Of a DNA stretch of 64,000 bases, positions 63,890-64,000 are shown in pieces (the stretch's first letter is position 1; every line of letters begins with the position of its first letter). This stretch comes from Octopus bimaculoides (taxonomy: Eukaryota): assembly GCF_001194135.2 (NCBI RefSeq), contig NC_068986.1, forward strand, positions 2,755,062 through 2,819,061. The letters run 5' to 3'. The translations under genes were made by a program, and so were the position numbers. The notes under the pieces were generated by a model. It was not told the DNA's origin. It saw only the letters and a list, made by a program, of their open reading frames with translations, and did not search any database.

Positions 63890-64000
63890 AGGCTTTTGCA
63901 GAGTTTCCGTCTTCTCAGTTTCACTCGCGACGTATTAGACAACCCGAGGTGAAGACAGAAAATACTCCCCAAAAGCGCCGTTTAATGGGATTGAACACAT

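Overview
AT-rich eukaryotic genomic DNA with long introns, many microsatellites and several N gaps. The SINE/LINE repertoire looks like an octopus (coleoid cephalopod) draft scaffold; this is inference from repeat recognition. Three spliced protein-coding genes can be rebuilt by hand with GT-AG boundaries and consistent phases. (1) The 3' part of an uncharacterised + strand gene (exons 380-468, 1257-1517, 2346-2591, probable last exon 5043-5111). (2) A complete 17-exon - strand gene (35420 to 8554, 925 aa) for a PDPR-like mitochondrial flavoprotein of the sarcosine/dimethylglycine dehydrogenase family. (3) A 5-exon, TATA-box, - strand gene (59128 to 42634, 301 aa) for a predicted secreted protein of no family I can name, only partly visible in the ORF track. 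The rest is repeats: several SINE-like families and fragments of RTE, R4/RLE-type LINE, Penelope-like, DD37D mariner and hAT elements, plus several MITE/foldback elements, one with a head-to-head telomeric-repeat core. CpG decay in copies of one SINE family changes sharply near the PDPR 5' end. No prokaryotic system, CRISPR array, rRNA or true tRNA gene was seen.
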